Below, piece after piece: positions 28,739 to 37,908 of a stretch of DNA of 64,000 nt. The stretch covers positions 64,001 through 128,000 of the forward strand of contig CAWEYL010000006.1 in NCBI GenBank assembly GCA_963813335.1. Direction: 5' to 3'. Every line of letters starts with the position of its first letter. Position 1 is the stretch's first letter. A model generated the notes under the pieces. The model had not been told where the DNA came from. It made no database searches and worked only from the letters and a program-made list of their open reading frames with translations. This DNA comes from an uncultured Chloroflexia bacterium (GTDB taxonomy: Bacteria > Chloroflexota > Limnocylindria > Limnocylindrales > CSP1-4). Made by a program: the position numbers and the translations under genes.

Positions 28739-29538
28739 GTCTCCGGGCGGCGGTTCGCGAGCGCCGGGATCTGCCGGCGGACCGCGGCGACCCGGTCGAG
28801 GTCCAGCTCGGCGCGGATGATCCCGACGGTGTCGGCGGCCTGTGCGACCACCGTCCCCCACGGGTCGATGACCATGCTCCGGCCGTAGGCGGGCGCGCGT
28901 CCGCCGCCGGTCTGCGCGGGCGCGAGGACGTAGGCGCCGTTCTCGATCGCGCGAGCGCGGAGCAGCACCTCCCAGTGGTCGCGGCCGGTGCGCTCGGTGA
29001 AGTTGGCGGGGACCGTCAGGATCTCGGCGCCGGCCAGCGCGAGCGTCCGGTACAGCTCCGGGAAGCGGACGTCGTAGCAGATGGTCAGGCCGAGGGTGAT
29101 GCCGTCCACAACGGCGGTCACGGCCGCGTCGCCGGCGCTCACGCGCGCGGACTCCGTGTCGGCCGGTCCCCGGTCGACGGCGACATCGAACAGGTGGATC
29201 TTGCGGTAGGTGGCGCAGATGTCGCCATTGGGGTCGAGGAGGACGCTCGTGTTGAAGGGGCGGTCCGGGTCGGCCGAGGCTTCGGCCAGGCTGCCGACGA
29301 GGATCCACGTCCCGTGGCGGCGCGCGACCTCGGCGAACGCGTCCGTGTGCTCGCCGGGGACCGGGCGCGCGCTGGCGCGGAAGCCCGCGTCCGGCCCGCG
29401 GTATTGCAGGTACTCGGGGAGGGCCACCAGGCGTGTGCCGCCGGCGGCGGCTTCGGCGGCCAGGGCGGTGGCGCGCTCGATGTTGGCATCGACGTCGTCG
29501 GTGGCGTCCAGCTGGACGAGCGCCACGGAAAGCTTCAT
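28708..29538 (-). CDS. Carbon-nitrogen hydrolase (Nit1-like)
   Basis: LPEY, YRKIHLFDV, ICYDVRFPE triad, RARAIEN. Confidence 0.92.
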   Translation of the reverse strand: MKLSVALVQLDATDDVDANIERATALAAEAAAGGTRLVALPEYLQYRGPDAGFRASARPVPGEHTDAFAEVARRHGTWILVGSLAEASADPDRPFNTSVLLDPNGDICATYRKIHLFDVAVDRGPADTESARVSAGDAAVTAVVDGITLGLTICYDVRFPELYRTLALAGAEILTVPANFTERTGRDHWEVLLRARAIENGAYVLAPAQTGGGRAPAYGRSMVIDPWGTVVAQAADTVGIIRAELDLDRVAAVRRQIPALANRRPETYSVAGSPGR

Positions 29539-29623
29539 GCGGTCATCGTAGGGGGTCGCGGTGGGCGAGCGCGCGTGGCGTGCGGGGTCGGGTGGCGCCC
29601 GCCAGGGCTCGCCCATCCGCCGT

Positions 29624-30086
29624 TATGCACGTTTCTCCAGGGGGACACCCTCCGATTCGCGTATGCACCTCGGCTGCATATCCGGCTGGGATGTTCGGCG
29701 TCTGCCGTCAGTTCCCGCCCTGGACCGGCCCTGGCCCGCCAGGTGGGCATCGGCGACCAATGATCACGCAGCCGGCACCCTCGCTATGCATCCCAGGGTG
29801 CATTGCAGGGCGGGTTGGCGATGAGGACAAGCCCAAAGCGTCGATCGTGCCCGCCCGGTGAGCCAGCGCGGCAGGGTTCGGTCCCGTGACGGCGTCGACT
29901 CGTCGCGGATGCCCGTGGAGCGGGCCTCCGGTGTCGCGGGCGCGCCTGGCCCGATCCCGAGGCGACCGGTGGGCCTACGGTGCCGCGGGCACTCCTGGCC
30001 CGAGCTCGAGGCGACCCGCGGGCCTCCGATATGCATCCGAGGTGCATACCGATTCTGAAAGCCACCGCCCCTGCGAAACGTGCATA
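29624..30086. repeat. REP/MITE-like element with ~62-bp imperfect inverted arms
   Basis: 29624-29685 matches the reverse complement of 30026-30086; internal TATGCA-n7-TGCATA hairpins; a third hairpin core at ~29785. Confidence 0.65.
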
Positions 30087-30262
30087 TCCCCACGCCGGGA
30101 CCGCCGCGCCGGGACCGCACGCCGCCCCCGCGGACGCCCGGAACGATTGCGAATTCCAAACCGGTCCTCTCACCGAGCCTTCAGGAACGGACGCGATAGT
30201 GGGAGGCAACGGGCTCGACTCGAGCCATCCGACCACCCACCCGAACCGTGAGATGTGCCGCC

Positions 30263-31339
30263 ATGACCCTGTCCCCCGATCCCAAGTCGGCCGCGCCCGC
30301 CGCGGCCGCGCCCGCCGCGCCCGCGCACGCCCCCGACCTCCACGCCGTCCCTGACACGAGCGACGCCCGCGCCATCAGCGAGTCGATCCTCTTCGAGGTC
30401 CGCCGCGTCATCGTCGGCCAGGACCAGATGCTCGAGCGGATCCTCGTCGGCCTGCTGTCCGGCGGCCACATCCTCCTCGAGGGTGTCCCGGGCCTCGCCA
30501 AGACGCTCACGATCAAGACGCTCGCCGACGTCCTCGGCGGCTCCTTCAAGCGCATCCAGTTCACGCCCGACCTGATGCCGTCCGACCTGGTCGGCACGCG
30601 CATCTACCGCCCCGGCGCCGCCAGCTTCGACACCGAGCTCGGCCCGGTGTTCGCCAACTTCCTGCTCGCCGACGAGATCAACCGCGCGCCGGCCAAGGTG
30701 CAGAGCGCGCTCCTCGAGGTCATGCAGGAGCACCAGGTCACGATCGGCCACAACACCTACCAGGTCCCGACCCCGTTCCTCGTCCTCGCGACGGAGAACC
30801 CGATCGAGGCCGAGGGCACCTACCCGCTGCCCGAGGCGCAGGTCGACCGCTTCATGCTCAAGATCCTCGTCGGCTACCCCAGCGCGACCGAGGAGGCCCA
30901 GATCGTCGCCCGCTCGCTCCGCCCGGGGCTCCCGCCGCGCAAGGTCCTCGACGCCGAGGAGCTCATCGCGCTCCAGGAGCGCGTCAACGAGGTCTACGTC
31001 GACCCGCGCATCATCAGCTACGCGGTCGGCCTCGTCGAAGCCACCCGCAAGCTCGAGTACTGGGGCGCGCCGGACCTCGCACCGTACGTCTCGTACGGCG
31101 CCAGCCCGCGCGGCTCGATCAACCTCGTCAATGGCGCCCGCGCGCTGGCTGTCCTCCGCGGCCGCCGCTACGTGCTGCCGAGCGACGTGGCCGAGCTCGC
31201 GCCCGACGTCCTCCGCCACCGCATCATCCTCAGCTACGCGGCCCTTGCGGACGGGATCACCCCCGACGCGGTCATCGCTCGCGTGCTGACCCTGGTCCGC
31301 GCCCCGCACCTCGACATGGCGGGCGAGATCTCGGCATGA
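30263..31339 (+). CDS. MoxR-family AAA+ ATPase
   Basis: LLEGVPGLAKT, RIQFTPDLMPSD, DEINRAPAKVQSALLE, YPLPEAQVDRF. Confidence 0.95.
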   Translation: MTLSPDPKSAAPAAAAPAAPAHAPDLHAVPDTSDARAISESILFEVRRVIVGQDQMLERILVGLLSGGHILLEGVPGLAKTLTIKTLADVLGGSFKRIQFTPDLMPSDLVGTRIYRPGAASFDTELGPVFANFLLADEINRAPAKVQSALLEVMQEHQVTIGHNTYQVPTPFLVLATENPIEAEGTYPLPEAQVDRFMLKILVGYPSATEEAQIVARSLRPGLPPRKVLDAEELIALQERVNEVYVDPRIISYAVGLVEATRKLEYWGAPDLAPYVSYGASPRGSINLVNGARALAVLRGRRYVLPSDVAELAPDVLRHRIILSYAALADGITPDAVIARVLTLVRAPHLDMAGEISA

Positions 31340-32319
31340 CGAGCATGGCACGGCCGGGCGGCGCGACCGCCGCGCGGCCGACCGCCGACCTGGCCAACTC
31401 GGCCGGGCGGGTCCGAACCCCCGCCCGCCCCGGCCCCGGCCCCATCGCCGACGACCTGGTCCGCCGGCTCGAGGTCTCGCTGACCCGACGCGTCGGTGGC
31501 CGGATGACCGGCGACCACCGCGGCCGCGGCCTCGGCGAGGGCCTGGAGCTCGACCGGCTTCGTCCCTACGAGCCGGGCGACGACGTCCGGCGCATCGACT
31601 GGAACGCCACGGCCCGAAGCCTGGCCCCGCAGGTCCGCGAGGACGTGCCGGACCGGCAGATGACCGCCTGGCTCCTGCTCGACCAGTCCGCCTCGATGCA
31701 GTTCGGCACCGCCGACCGGCGCAAGGCCGACGTGGCCGAGGGCGCGGCGCTCGTGGTCGGTCGCTTCGTGGCCCGACGGACCGACCGCCTCGGGGTCATC
31801 ACCTTCGGCTCGGGCGAGCGCGAGACGATCATGCCACCCGCGGGCGGCCGTGTCGGGCTCACCGGCCTGGTCCGGGCGCTCGCGCACGAGCCCGCCGACG
31901 AGGGCGGCGGCCAGACCTCGATGCAGCGCGCGCTGCGGGTCATCGCCGCGGCCCGCACGACCCCGGGCCTCGTCGTGGTCATCTCCGACTTCCGCGGTGC
32001 CCAGGACTGGCGCCGCGAGATGACCGCGATCGCCGGCCGCCACACGGTCCTCGCGATCGAGATCACCGACCCGCGCGAGGAGAGCCTCGTCGACGTCGGC
32101 GAGCTCACCCTCATCGACCCCGAGACCGGACGCACGGTCCGCATCGACACCGGCGACCGCAAGCTTCGACACGCCTTCGATGACGCCGCCGCCAGCGAGC
32201 GCGCCGCCCTGGCGGCCGAGTTCGCCCGGCTGGGCGTCCGACACCTCCGACTTTCCACCGACGGCCCCTGGCTGACCGCGTTCGCGCGCGGCCTCGACAC
32301 GACTGGACGAATCGCATGA
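31336..32319 (+). CDS. DUF58 domain protein
   Basis: LRPYEPGDDVRRIDWNATAR, DQSASMQFG, VISDF. Confidence 0.92.
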   Translation: MTSMARPGGATAARPTADLANSAGRVRTPARPGPGPIADDLVRRLEVSLTRRVGGRMTGDHRGRGLGEGLELDRLRPYEPGDDVRRIDWNATARSLAPQVREDVPDRQMTAWLLLDQSASMQFGTADRRKADVAEGAALVVGRFVARRTDRLGVITFGSGERETIMPPAGGRVGLTGLVRALAHEPADEGGGQTSMQRALRVIAAARTTPGLVVVISDFRGAQDWRREMTAIAGRHTVLAIEITDPREESLVDVGELTLIDPETGRTVRIDTGDRKLRHAFDDAAASERAALAAEFARLGVRHLRLSTDGPWLTAFARGLDTTGRIA

Positions 32320-33413
32320 ACTTCCTCGCGCCGATGCTCCTGCTGGGGCTCCTGCTGGTACCGGTCCTGGTGGGCCTGTACCTGCTGGTCCAGCGCCGCC
32401 GGACCCGCTACGCGGTCCGCTTCACCAACCTCGACCTGCTCGCCAACCTGGCGCCGCAGCGGCCCGCCTGGCGCCGCCACGTGCCCGCGGCGATCTACCT
32501 CGTCGCGGTGGCCATGCTCGCGATCGGGCTGGCCCGGCCGACGATGGTCCTCGCCGTGCCGCGCGAGGACTCCACGGTCATCCTCGCCATCGACATCTCG
32601 GGCTCCATGAAGGCCACCGACGTCGCCCCGAGCCGGCTCGAGGCGGCCAAGGCCGCGGCCCATTCGTTCATCAAGCAGCTCCCCGCGGGCATCCGCGTCG
32701 GGATCGTGTCCTTCGCCTCGCACCCCGAGACCCTGGTCGAGCCGTCGGCCGACCACGCGAAGCTGGACGAGGCGATCGACAGCCTGAAGCCACGCGACGG
32801 CACCGCGATGGGTGACGCCCTGATGCAGGTGCTCGACATCGCCGAAGCCATCAAGGCCGACGCCGGCACCACCGGTTCGACGGGCGCGATGCCGGCTTCA
32901 CCGGCTCCGTCGGCCAGCGCGGCGCCGGGCGCCTCCGCGGCACCGGATGCGTCGGCGGCGCCGTCTCCCTCGGCCAGCGGGGCGCCGGTCGACGGGCCGT
33001 CGGGCGAGCCGCTCGTCGCGGCGATCCTGCTCTCGGACGGGGCCAACTCCGTCGGCGAGACGGAGCCCATCGACGCGGCGAACCGGGCCGCGACCCTGAA
33101 CGTGCCGATCTACACCATCGCCCTCGGGACGCCGAACGGCCAGATCCAGGTCCGCGACGACAACGGTCAGCTGGTGACCCTGGACGTGCCGCCCGACACC
33201 AAGACGCTGGCGCAGATCGCCGAGGTCACCGGCGCCACGGCATTCGACGCCACCACCGCCCAGGACCTGAGCGCCGTCTACGACAACCTGCAGTCGCGCA
33301 TCGGCTACACGCAGGAGACCCAGGAGGTCACGTTCGCGTTCGCGGCCGCGGCCCTGGTCCTGGTCGTGGCGGGAGCCGGGTTGTCCGCCCTCTGGTTCGG
33401 CCGGCTGCCGTAG
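32316..33413 (+). CDS. VWA domain membrane protein (BatA-like)
   Basis: DISGSM MIDAS, GTAMGDAL, LLSDG, N- and C-terminal TM helices. Confidence 0.92.
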   Translation: MNFLAPMLLLGLLLVPVLVGLYLLVQRRRTRYAVRFTNLDLLANLAPQRPAWRRHVPAAIYLVAVAMLAIGLARPTMVLAVPREDSTVILAIDISGSMKATDVAPSRLEAAKAAAHSFIKQLPAGIRVGIVSFASHPETLVEPSADHAKLDEAIDSLKPRDGTAMGDALMQVLDIAEAIKADAGTTGSTGAMPASPAPSASAAPGASAAPDASAAPSPSASGAPVDGPSGEPLVAAILLSDGANSVGETEPIDAANRAATLNVPIYTIALGTPNGQIQVRDDNGQLVTLDVPPDTKTLAQIAEVTGATAFDATTAQDLSAVYDNLQSRIGYTQETQEVTFAFAAAALVLVVAGAGLSALWFGRLP

Positions 33414-33443
33414 GCCGGTCCGCTCCCCGAACACCGGATAGCG

Positions 33444-33478
33444 CGACGCCCGGGCCGATCACCTCGGTCCGGGCGTCG
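33444..33478. terminator. Hairpin between convergent genes (probable terminator)
   Basis: CGACGCCCGG-GCCGA-TCACC-TCGGT-CCGGGCGTCG stem-loop. Confidence 0.6.
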
Positions 33479-33512
33479 TCGATCCGTCGGGGGAGCCCGC
33501 GGGGCCCCTCCC

Positions 33513-34835
33513 CTAGCTGACCTGTGGCACCTGGCAGGCGAACGCGGTCGACCCCGCAGCCCGTGCCGCGGCGGCCACGGCCGAGCCGCTGGCTGGCTGG
33601 CCAGGGATGACGGCCGATGCGGCGGCCGCTTCCTGGACCACCAGCGCCGTGACCATCCCGAACATCCCGTTCTGGCCCTCGGCGTGCTGGAGGATGTGGC
33701 AGTGGAACGCCCACGCGCCCAGCTCGTCGCACTTGATCACGACGTCCCAACGCTCCCCTGGGTTGACGCCCAGGGTGTCGCAGGTGAACGCCGCTGACCC
33801 GAGTGGATGCCCGTCCCGGGCCACGACCCGCATCGGCACCCCGTGGAGGTGCCAAGGGTGGCTCATGTTGCCCTCGTTCATGAAGCGGATCACGATCGTC
33901 TCGCCCAGCGTGGCCACGATGGGCGCCGTGGCGGGGAAGCCGCGGCCGTTGATCGTGAACCCGCCCAGCGCGTCGTTGCTGATCCAGACGATGTCCTGGG
34001 TCGCGCCGTACAGCTTGTCGTAGCGCTGCGCGGGATCCTTCGGGTGGACGATGAACGCCCCCAGCAGCCCGCGCCCCACCTGGTCGGTGGCGTTGTGGTG
34101 CGAGTGGTACATGTGCGACCCGGTCATCTTGGCGACGAACTCGTAGGTGAAGCTGCCGCCCGGCGGGATCGGGTCCTGGGTGATGTGCGGGACGCCGTCC
34201 ATGGCGTTCGGCACGCGCTGGCCGTGGAAGTGGATGCCGGTCGACTCGGCCATGTTGTTCTTGAAGATGGCGCGGATCTTGTCGCCCTCGACCACCTCGA
34301 GCCGCGGGCCTGGCCATGTGCCGTTGAACCCGAGGGCGTCGAGGTCCTTGGCCTGCGCATCGATCTTGTGCTTGATCGGGTCGACCGTCATGTCGAAGAC
34401 CTTGGTGTCGCCGTCGAGCTTCGGCTCGAGCGGCTGGTTGCCGGTCCCCTCCATCGACGCGCTCTCGCCGCCGAGGAAGCGCTCGACGACCGCGAGGGCC
34501 ATCGCGTCATGGTCGACGGGCGGGCTGGCGCTCGGCGCTGCGGACGGCGACGCGGACGCGTGGTCCATCGATGGGGCGGCCGATGCCGACGGGGCGGCGC
34601 TCGCGCTGGCCGACGGAGCGGCACTCGGCGCATATGGCCCCGGGGTCGCCGGGGCGTAGGTCCAGCCCCGTGCCGCGGCGGGCGGGGCACAGGCCACGAC
34701 GGTGGTCGCGACGAGGCCCGCGCCCGTGATGGTCGCGGCACGAAGAAACCCCCGCCGGCTGACAGGGCCGGCGAGGGCTGCCTCCTCCGCGCCCGACGCG
34801 GAGGAGGCGGGATCGTCCAGGGAGAGATCGGCCAT
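33513..34835 (-). CDS. Tat-exported two-domain multicopper oxidase
   Basis: SRRGFL Tat motif; HFHG, YHSH, HPWHLHG, HCHILQH..M. Confidence 0.88.
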   Translation of the reverse strand: MADLSLDDPASSASGAEEAALAGPVSRRGFLRAATITGAGLVATTVVACAPPAAARGWTYAPATPGPYAPSAAPSASASAAPSASAAPSMDHASASPSAAPSASPPVDHDAMALAVVERFLGGESASMEGTGNQPLEPKLDGDTKVFDMTVDPIKHKIDAQAKDLDALGFNGTWPGPRLEVVEGDKIRAIFKNNMAESTGIHFHGQRVPNAMDGVPHITQDPIPPGGSFTYEFVAKMTGSHMYHSHHNATDQVGRGLLGAFIVHPKDPAQRYDKLYGATQDIVWISNDALGGFTINGRGFPATAPIVATLGETIVIRFMNEGNMSHPWHLHGVPMRVVARDGHPLGSAAFTCDTLGVNPGERWDVVIKCDELGAWAFHCHILQHAEGQNGMFGMVTALVVQEAAAASAVIPGQPASGSAVAAAARAAGSTAFACQVPQVS

Positions 34836-34838
34836 GGG

Positions 34839-35603
34839 TCAGGCGCCGGTGGAGGTCGATGGAGCCGCACCACCCTTGAACACCGCTCCGGGCTTCCACG
34901 GGGCGCCGAGCGCCGGCAGGAGGAAGCGGTCGACGCCGTAGTAGCCGGCGACGCGCCAGGCGAGGATCAGGCCGACGGCCATGGTGAACAGGATCGGGTT
35001 GGTGGACGACGAACCGGCGAGCAGGAACGACATGTTCATCATCGCGCCGAAGAACGCCGCGACGCCGGTCAGGAGCCCGAGGAGCAGCCCGATGCCGACG
35101 GCCAGCTCGCCGAGCGTGATCAGCCAGGCGAACCAGGTCTCGTGGTGGCCGGCGATCAGGAAGTTGATGAAGTCGCGGTACCACTCATAGGAGATCGGGG
35201 GACGACCCTGGCCCGCGTCGGGGACCTTGGCCGCGGCCTGCCAGAAGCCGGCGAGCGCCGAGCCGCCGTCGATCCAGCCACCGCCGGTGAGCTTGTGCCA
35301 GCCGGCCTCGAGCCATGCGAAGCCGAGGAACAGGCGGATGGGCAGCCAGAACAGTCCGGCCTGGGCGTTGTAGAAGAGGAAGCGCGCGAAGCGGGGGCCT
35401 TCCATCTGGACGTCCTCGGCGCCCGGGTCCTTGCGCGCCTGGAAGAGGACGACGAGCAACGCGATGAACGAGATCCAGAACCCGACCGTCATCGCCTGGC
35501 GGAGCGGACCCTCGTCGATATTGACCCAGGGGTTGAACAACAGGATGAGTAACGCGGTCGCGACGATCCCGAGTGGGATGCCATAGCGACGGATCGCAGC
35601 CAT
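34839..35603 (-). CDS. DoxX/DoxD-family membrane protein
   Basis: IRLFLGFAWLEAGWHK, GELAVGIGLLLG, NMSFLLAGSSSTNP, AGYYGVD. Confidence 0.85.
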   Translation of the reverse strand: MAAIRRYGIPLGIVATALLILLFNPWVNIDEGPLRQAMTVGFWISFIALLVVLFQARKDPGAEDVQMEGPRFARFLFYNAQAGLFWLPIRLFLGFAWLEAGWHKLTGGGWIDGGSALAGFWQAAAKVPDAGQGRPPISYEWYRDFINFLIAGHHETWFAWLITLGELAVGIGLLLGLLTGVAAFFGAMMNMSFLLAGSSSTNPILFTMAVGLILAWRVAGYYGVDRFLLPALGAPWKPGAVFKGGAAPSTSTGA

Positions 35604-35853
35604 CGGATGCCTCCTTCTCCCTTTCGGCCCGGCGGGCCGTGTCCCTCGGGACTTGCCTGCCGAGGTTGCCGGTTGGGCACGAGCACACGATACGGCGCAT
35701 TGGCCCATGAAAAGGGGGCCGGTTGTCACTCGGGCCCGGGACCCTCCCGGCGGTCGCGCCGCCCGTGCCCCTTGAAGTCGGGGGTCGGCCGACGTACAGT
35801 GCCCGCGACGCTATATCGCGTCACGACATACCCTGCCAACGCGAGGACCGCGC

Positions 35854-36177
35854 ATGCCTGAGCCCCTCCAGGAACTCGGCCGCTTCGCCGAGCCGTCCCT
35901 GTACATCCTGGTGTCGCTCTCGGACGGGCCGAAGCACGGCTACGCGATCATGGCCGACGTCGAGGCCATCTCCGGCAGCCCGATGGGGCCCGGGACCCTG
36001 TACGGCGCCGTGGCGCGTCTCGAGAAGCGCGGCCTGATCGAGGCGCTCGAGCCCGAGGATCGCCGCCGGCCCTACCGCTTGACGGCGCTGGGGGCGGCCA
36101 CGCTCGAGGGGCAGCTCGAGAGCCTGAGCTCGTTCACGCGGACCGGGCTCGCCAGACTGCGGGGGAAGGCGACGTGA
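35854..36177 (+). CDS. PadR-family regulator
   Basis: PKHGYAIM, GPGTLYGAVARL, RRPYRLT. Confidence 0.92.
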   Translation: MPEPLQELGRFAEPSLYILVSLSDGPKHGYAIMADVEAISGSPMGPGTLYGAVARLEKRGLIEALEPEDRRRPYRLTALGAATLEGQLESLSSFTRTGLARLRGKAT

Positions 36178-36893
36178 GCCACCTGCTCCGGCTCTACCCG
36201 GCGCCCTGGCGGCAGCGCTACGGCGAGGAGTTCCTGGCCCTCCTCGCGGAGCGGCCACCGTCGCTCGACGATCGCGTCGACATCGTCCGCGGAGCCATCG
36301 ACGCGCGGCTGCATCCGCAAGCCACCGCGCCCCAGCCGACCGTCGCCGACCGGGCGGGGTTCGCGGTCCTCTCGGGTCTCGGCCTGTTCGTCGCCGGGAT
36401 CCTCATCGCGATCAGCGGCCCGGTCCAGGAGGACGAGTACGGGACCTATCGCGATGGCGCGGCGGCGTTGCCGTTCTTCATCGGGTCGATGGCGCTGCTG
36501 TCGTTCGGGCTCTACCGGCTCCTCGAGCGGCTGCCGCTCGAGCGGCTCGCAGCCCGCTCGGCCGCGTGGACGGCGATCGTCACCGGCACGTTCTGGTCGA
36601 TCGTGCCGTGGGCGATGACGGTCGGCCTCGTCTTCTTCCTCGCCATCCTGGCGTTCGCCGTCGGTGCCCGGCGAGCCGGGCTGCTGTCCGGCTGGATGAC
36701 GGCTGCCGTCGGGCTCGCCGTCGTCGGTCCGATCGTGGTGTTCGCGGTCATGTCCATCACGCCGTGGTATGCGAACCGCGGGTCGAACATCATCCTCCTG
36801 CTGCTGCCGATGGCCGCCCTGTGGCCTCTCGTCGGGTTCCGCCTGCTGCGCGGGTTCCCGGCGGCGGCGATGGAGCCGGCCCCCGGCGGCTGA
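36174..36893 (+). CDS. PadR-associated membrane protein
   Basis: LLRLYPAPWRQRYGEEF N-terminus followed by multiple TM helices; GTGA overlap. Confidence 0.75.
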   Translation: MSHLLRLYPAPWRQRYGEEFLALLAERPPSLDDRVDIVRGAIDARLHPQATAPQPTVADRAGFAVLSGLGLFVAGILIAISGPVQEDEYGTYRDGAAALPFFIGSMALLSFGLYRLLERLPLERLAARSAAWTAIVTGTFWSIVPWAMTVGLVFFLAILAFAVGARRAGLLSGWMTAAVGLAVVGPIVVFAVMSITPWYANRGSNIILLLLPMAALWPLVGFRLLRGFPAAAMEPAPGG

Positions 36894-36953
36894 GCGTGTT
36901 CCACGTCGGCGACCGACTCGCGATCGAGCGGCCTGCCGTCCCGGCGCCGGCGG

Positions 36954-37766
36954 TCACTTCGGCTTGGCCGCGCTGGCCTTCGCCGTCTCGGTGATCTTGG
37001 TGAAGAACTCCAGCGCCGTCCGCGTCTTGGTCTGCTGCTCGCCGGAGATCTCGACGCCCTTGCTGGCCAGGTAGGCCCGCGCCTCGGCGGCGGCCTGGAA
37101 CCCCTCGCTCGGCAGTGTCTTGGTCGAGAGCTCCAGGATGCGCGACCCGTCCGGGTAGAACCACAGCTCGGCGACCATCGCGCGCGGCAGCTCCTTCGGG
37201 ACGAACTTGAGCTTCATCGCGGTGATCGGGCCGAGCGGCTCGAGGTCATCGAGGGTGATCCCCTCGGGCGCGTGGGCAGCGTAGAAGTCGCGCTGGCCAC
37301 TCGTGAAGAGCTTGCGGATCGGGCGCTCACCGAAGAGCACGGACTTGACCGCAGCCGGTCCCCACGTCGCCTTGTACGACCCGGAGCACACGAAGCCACC
37401 GGGCATCGCGTCGACCTCCACGCCGAAGTCGGGCGACCGGCGCAGGCCCACGGGCAGCTCATCGGGCACGACCGGGCGGAGCTTCACGACCGAGTCGTCG
37501 CCCTTGCCCTGCACGCGACGCGCGCGGACGACCATGCCTACCCGGTCCAGGGCGAGGTCCGGGGTGTCGAAGAACACGATCTGGCGGACCTGGGCATCCA
37601 GGGGGTCCATGCCCAGCGAACGGATCGCCGAGCGCTGGTCGGCCTCGGGGATGGTGAGCTTGAGCTCGATGGTGTCGGCGCCCTTGAGCAGCTTGAGCAT
37701 CTCCATGAGCTGTTCGCCCGTGAGCGGTGGCGGCGCGGCCGGTCGAGCGGCGGCTTTCGTGGCCAT
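36954..37766 (-). CDS. CYTH/triphosphate-tunnel-like protein
   Basis: IELKL, FFDTPDLAL, VRARR, VVKLR, AELW..LELSTK, QTKT. Confidence 0.65.
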   Translation of the reverse strand: MATKAAARPAAPPPLTGEQLMEMLKLLKGADTIELKLTIPEADQRSAIRSLGMDPLDAQVRQIVFFDTPDLALDRVGMVVRARRVQGKGDDSVVKLRPVVPDELPVGLRRSPDFGVEVDAMPGGFVCSGSYKATWGPAAVKSVLFGERPIRKLFTSGQRDFYAAHAPEGITLDDLEPLGPITAMKLKFVPKELPRAMVAELWFYPDGSRILELSTKTLPSEGFQAAAEARAYLASKGVEISGEQQTKTRTALEFFTKITETAKASAAKPK

Positions 37767-37908
37767 TGACGATCTCCTCAGTGCGGCCCGTCCAGATCGC
37801 CGTCGCGCGCGTGCGACCCTCGATGGCCGGTCCCCTCGCTGCTAGCATGCACCTATCCGACGACGCCGCGCGCCGTCACCCCGACCCAAACGGACCCGAG
37901 GCCCGACC

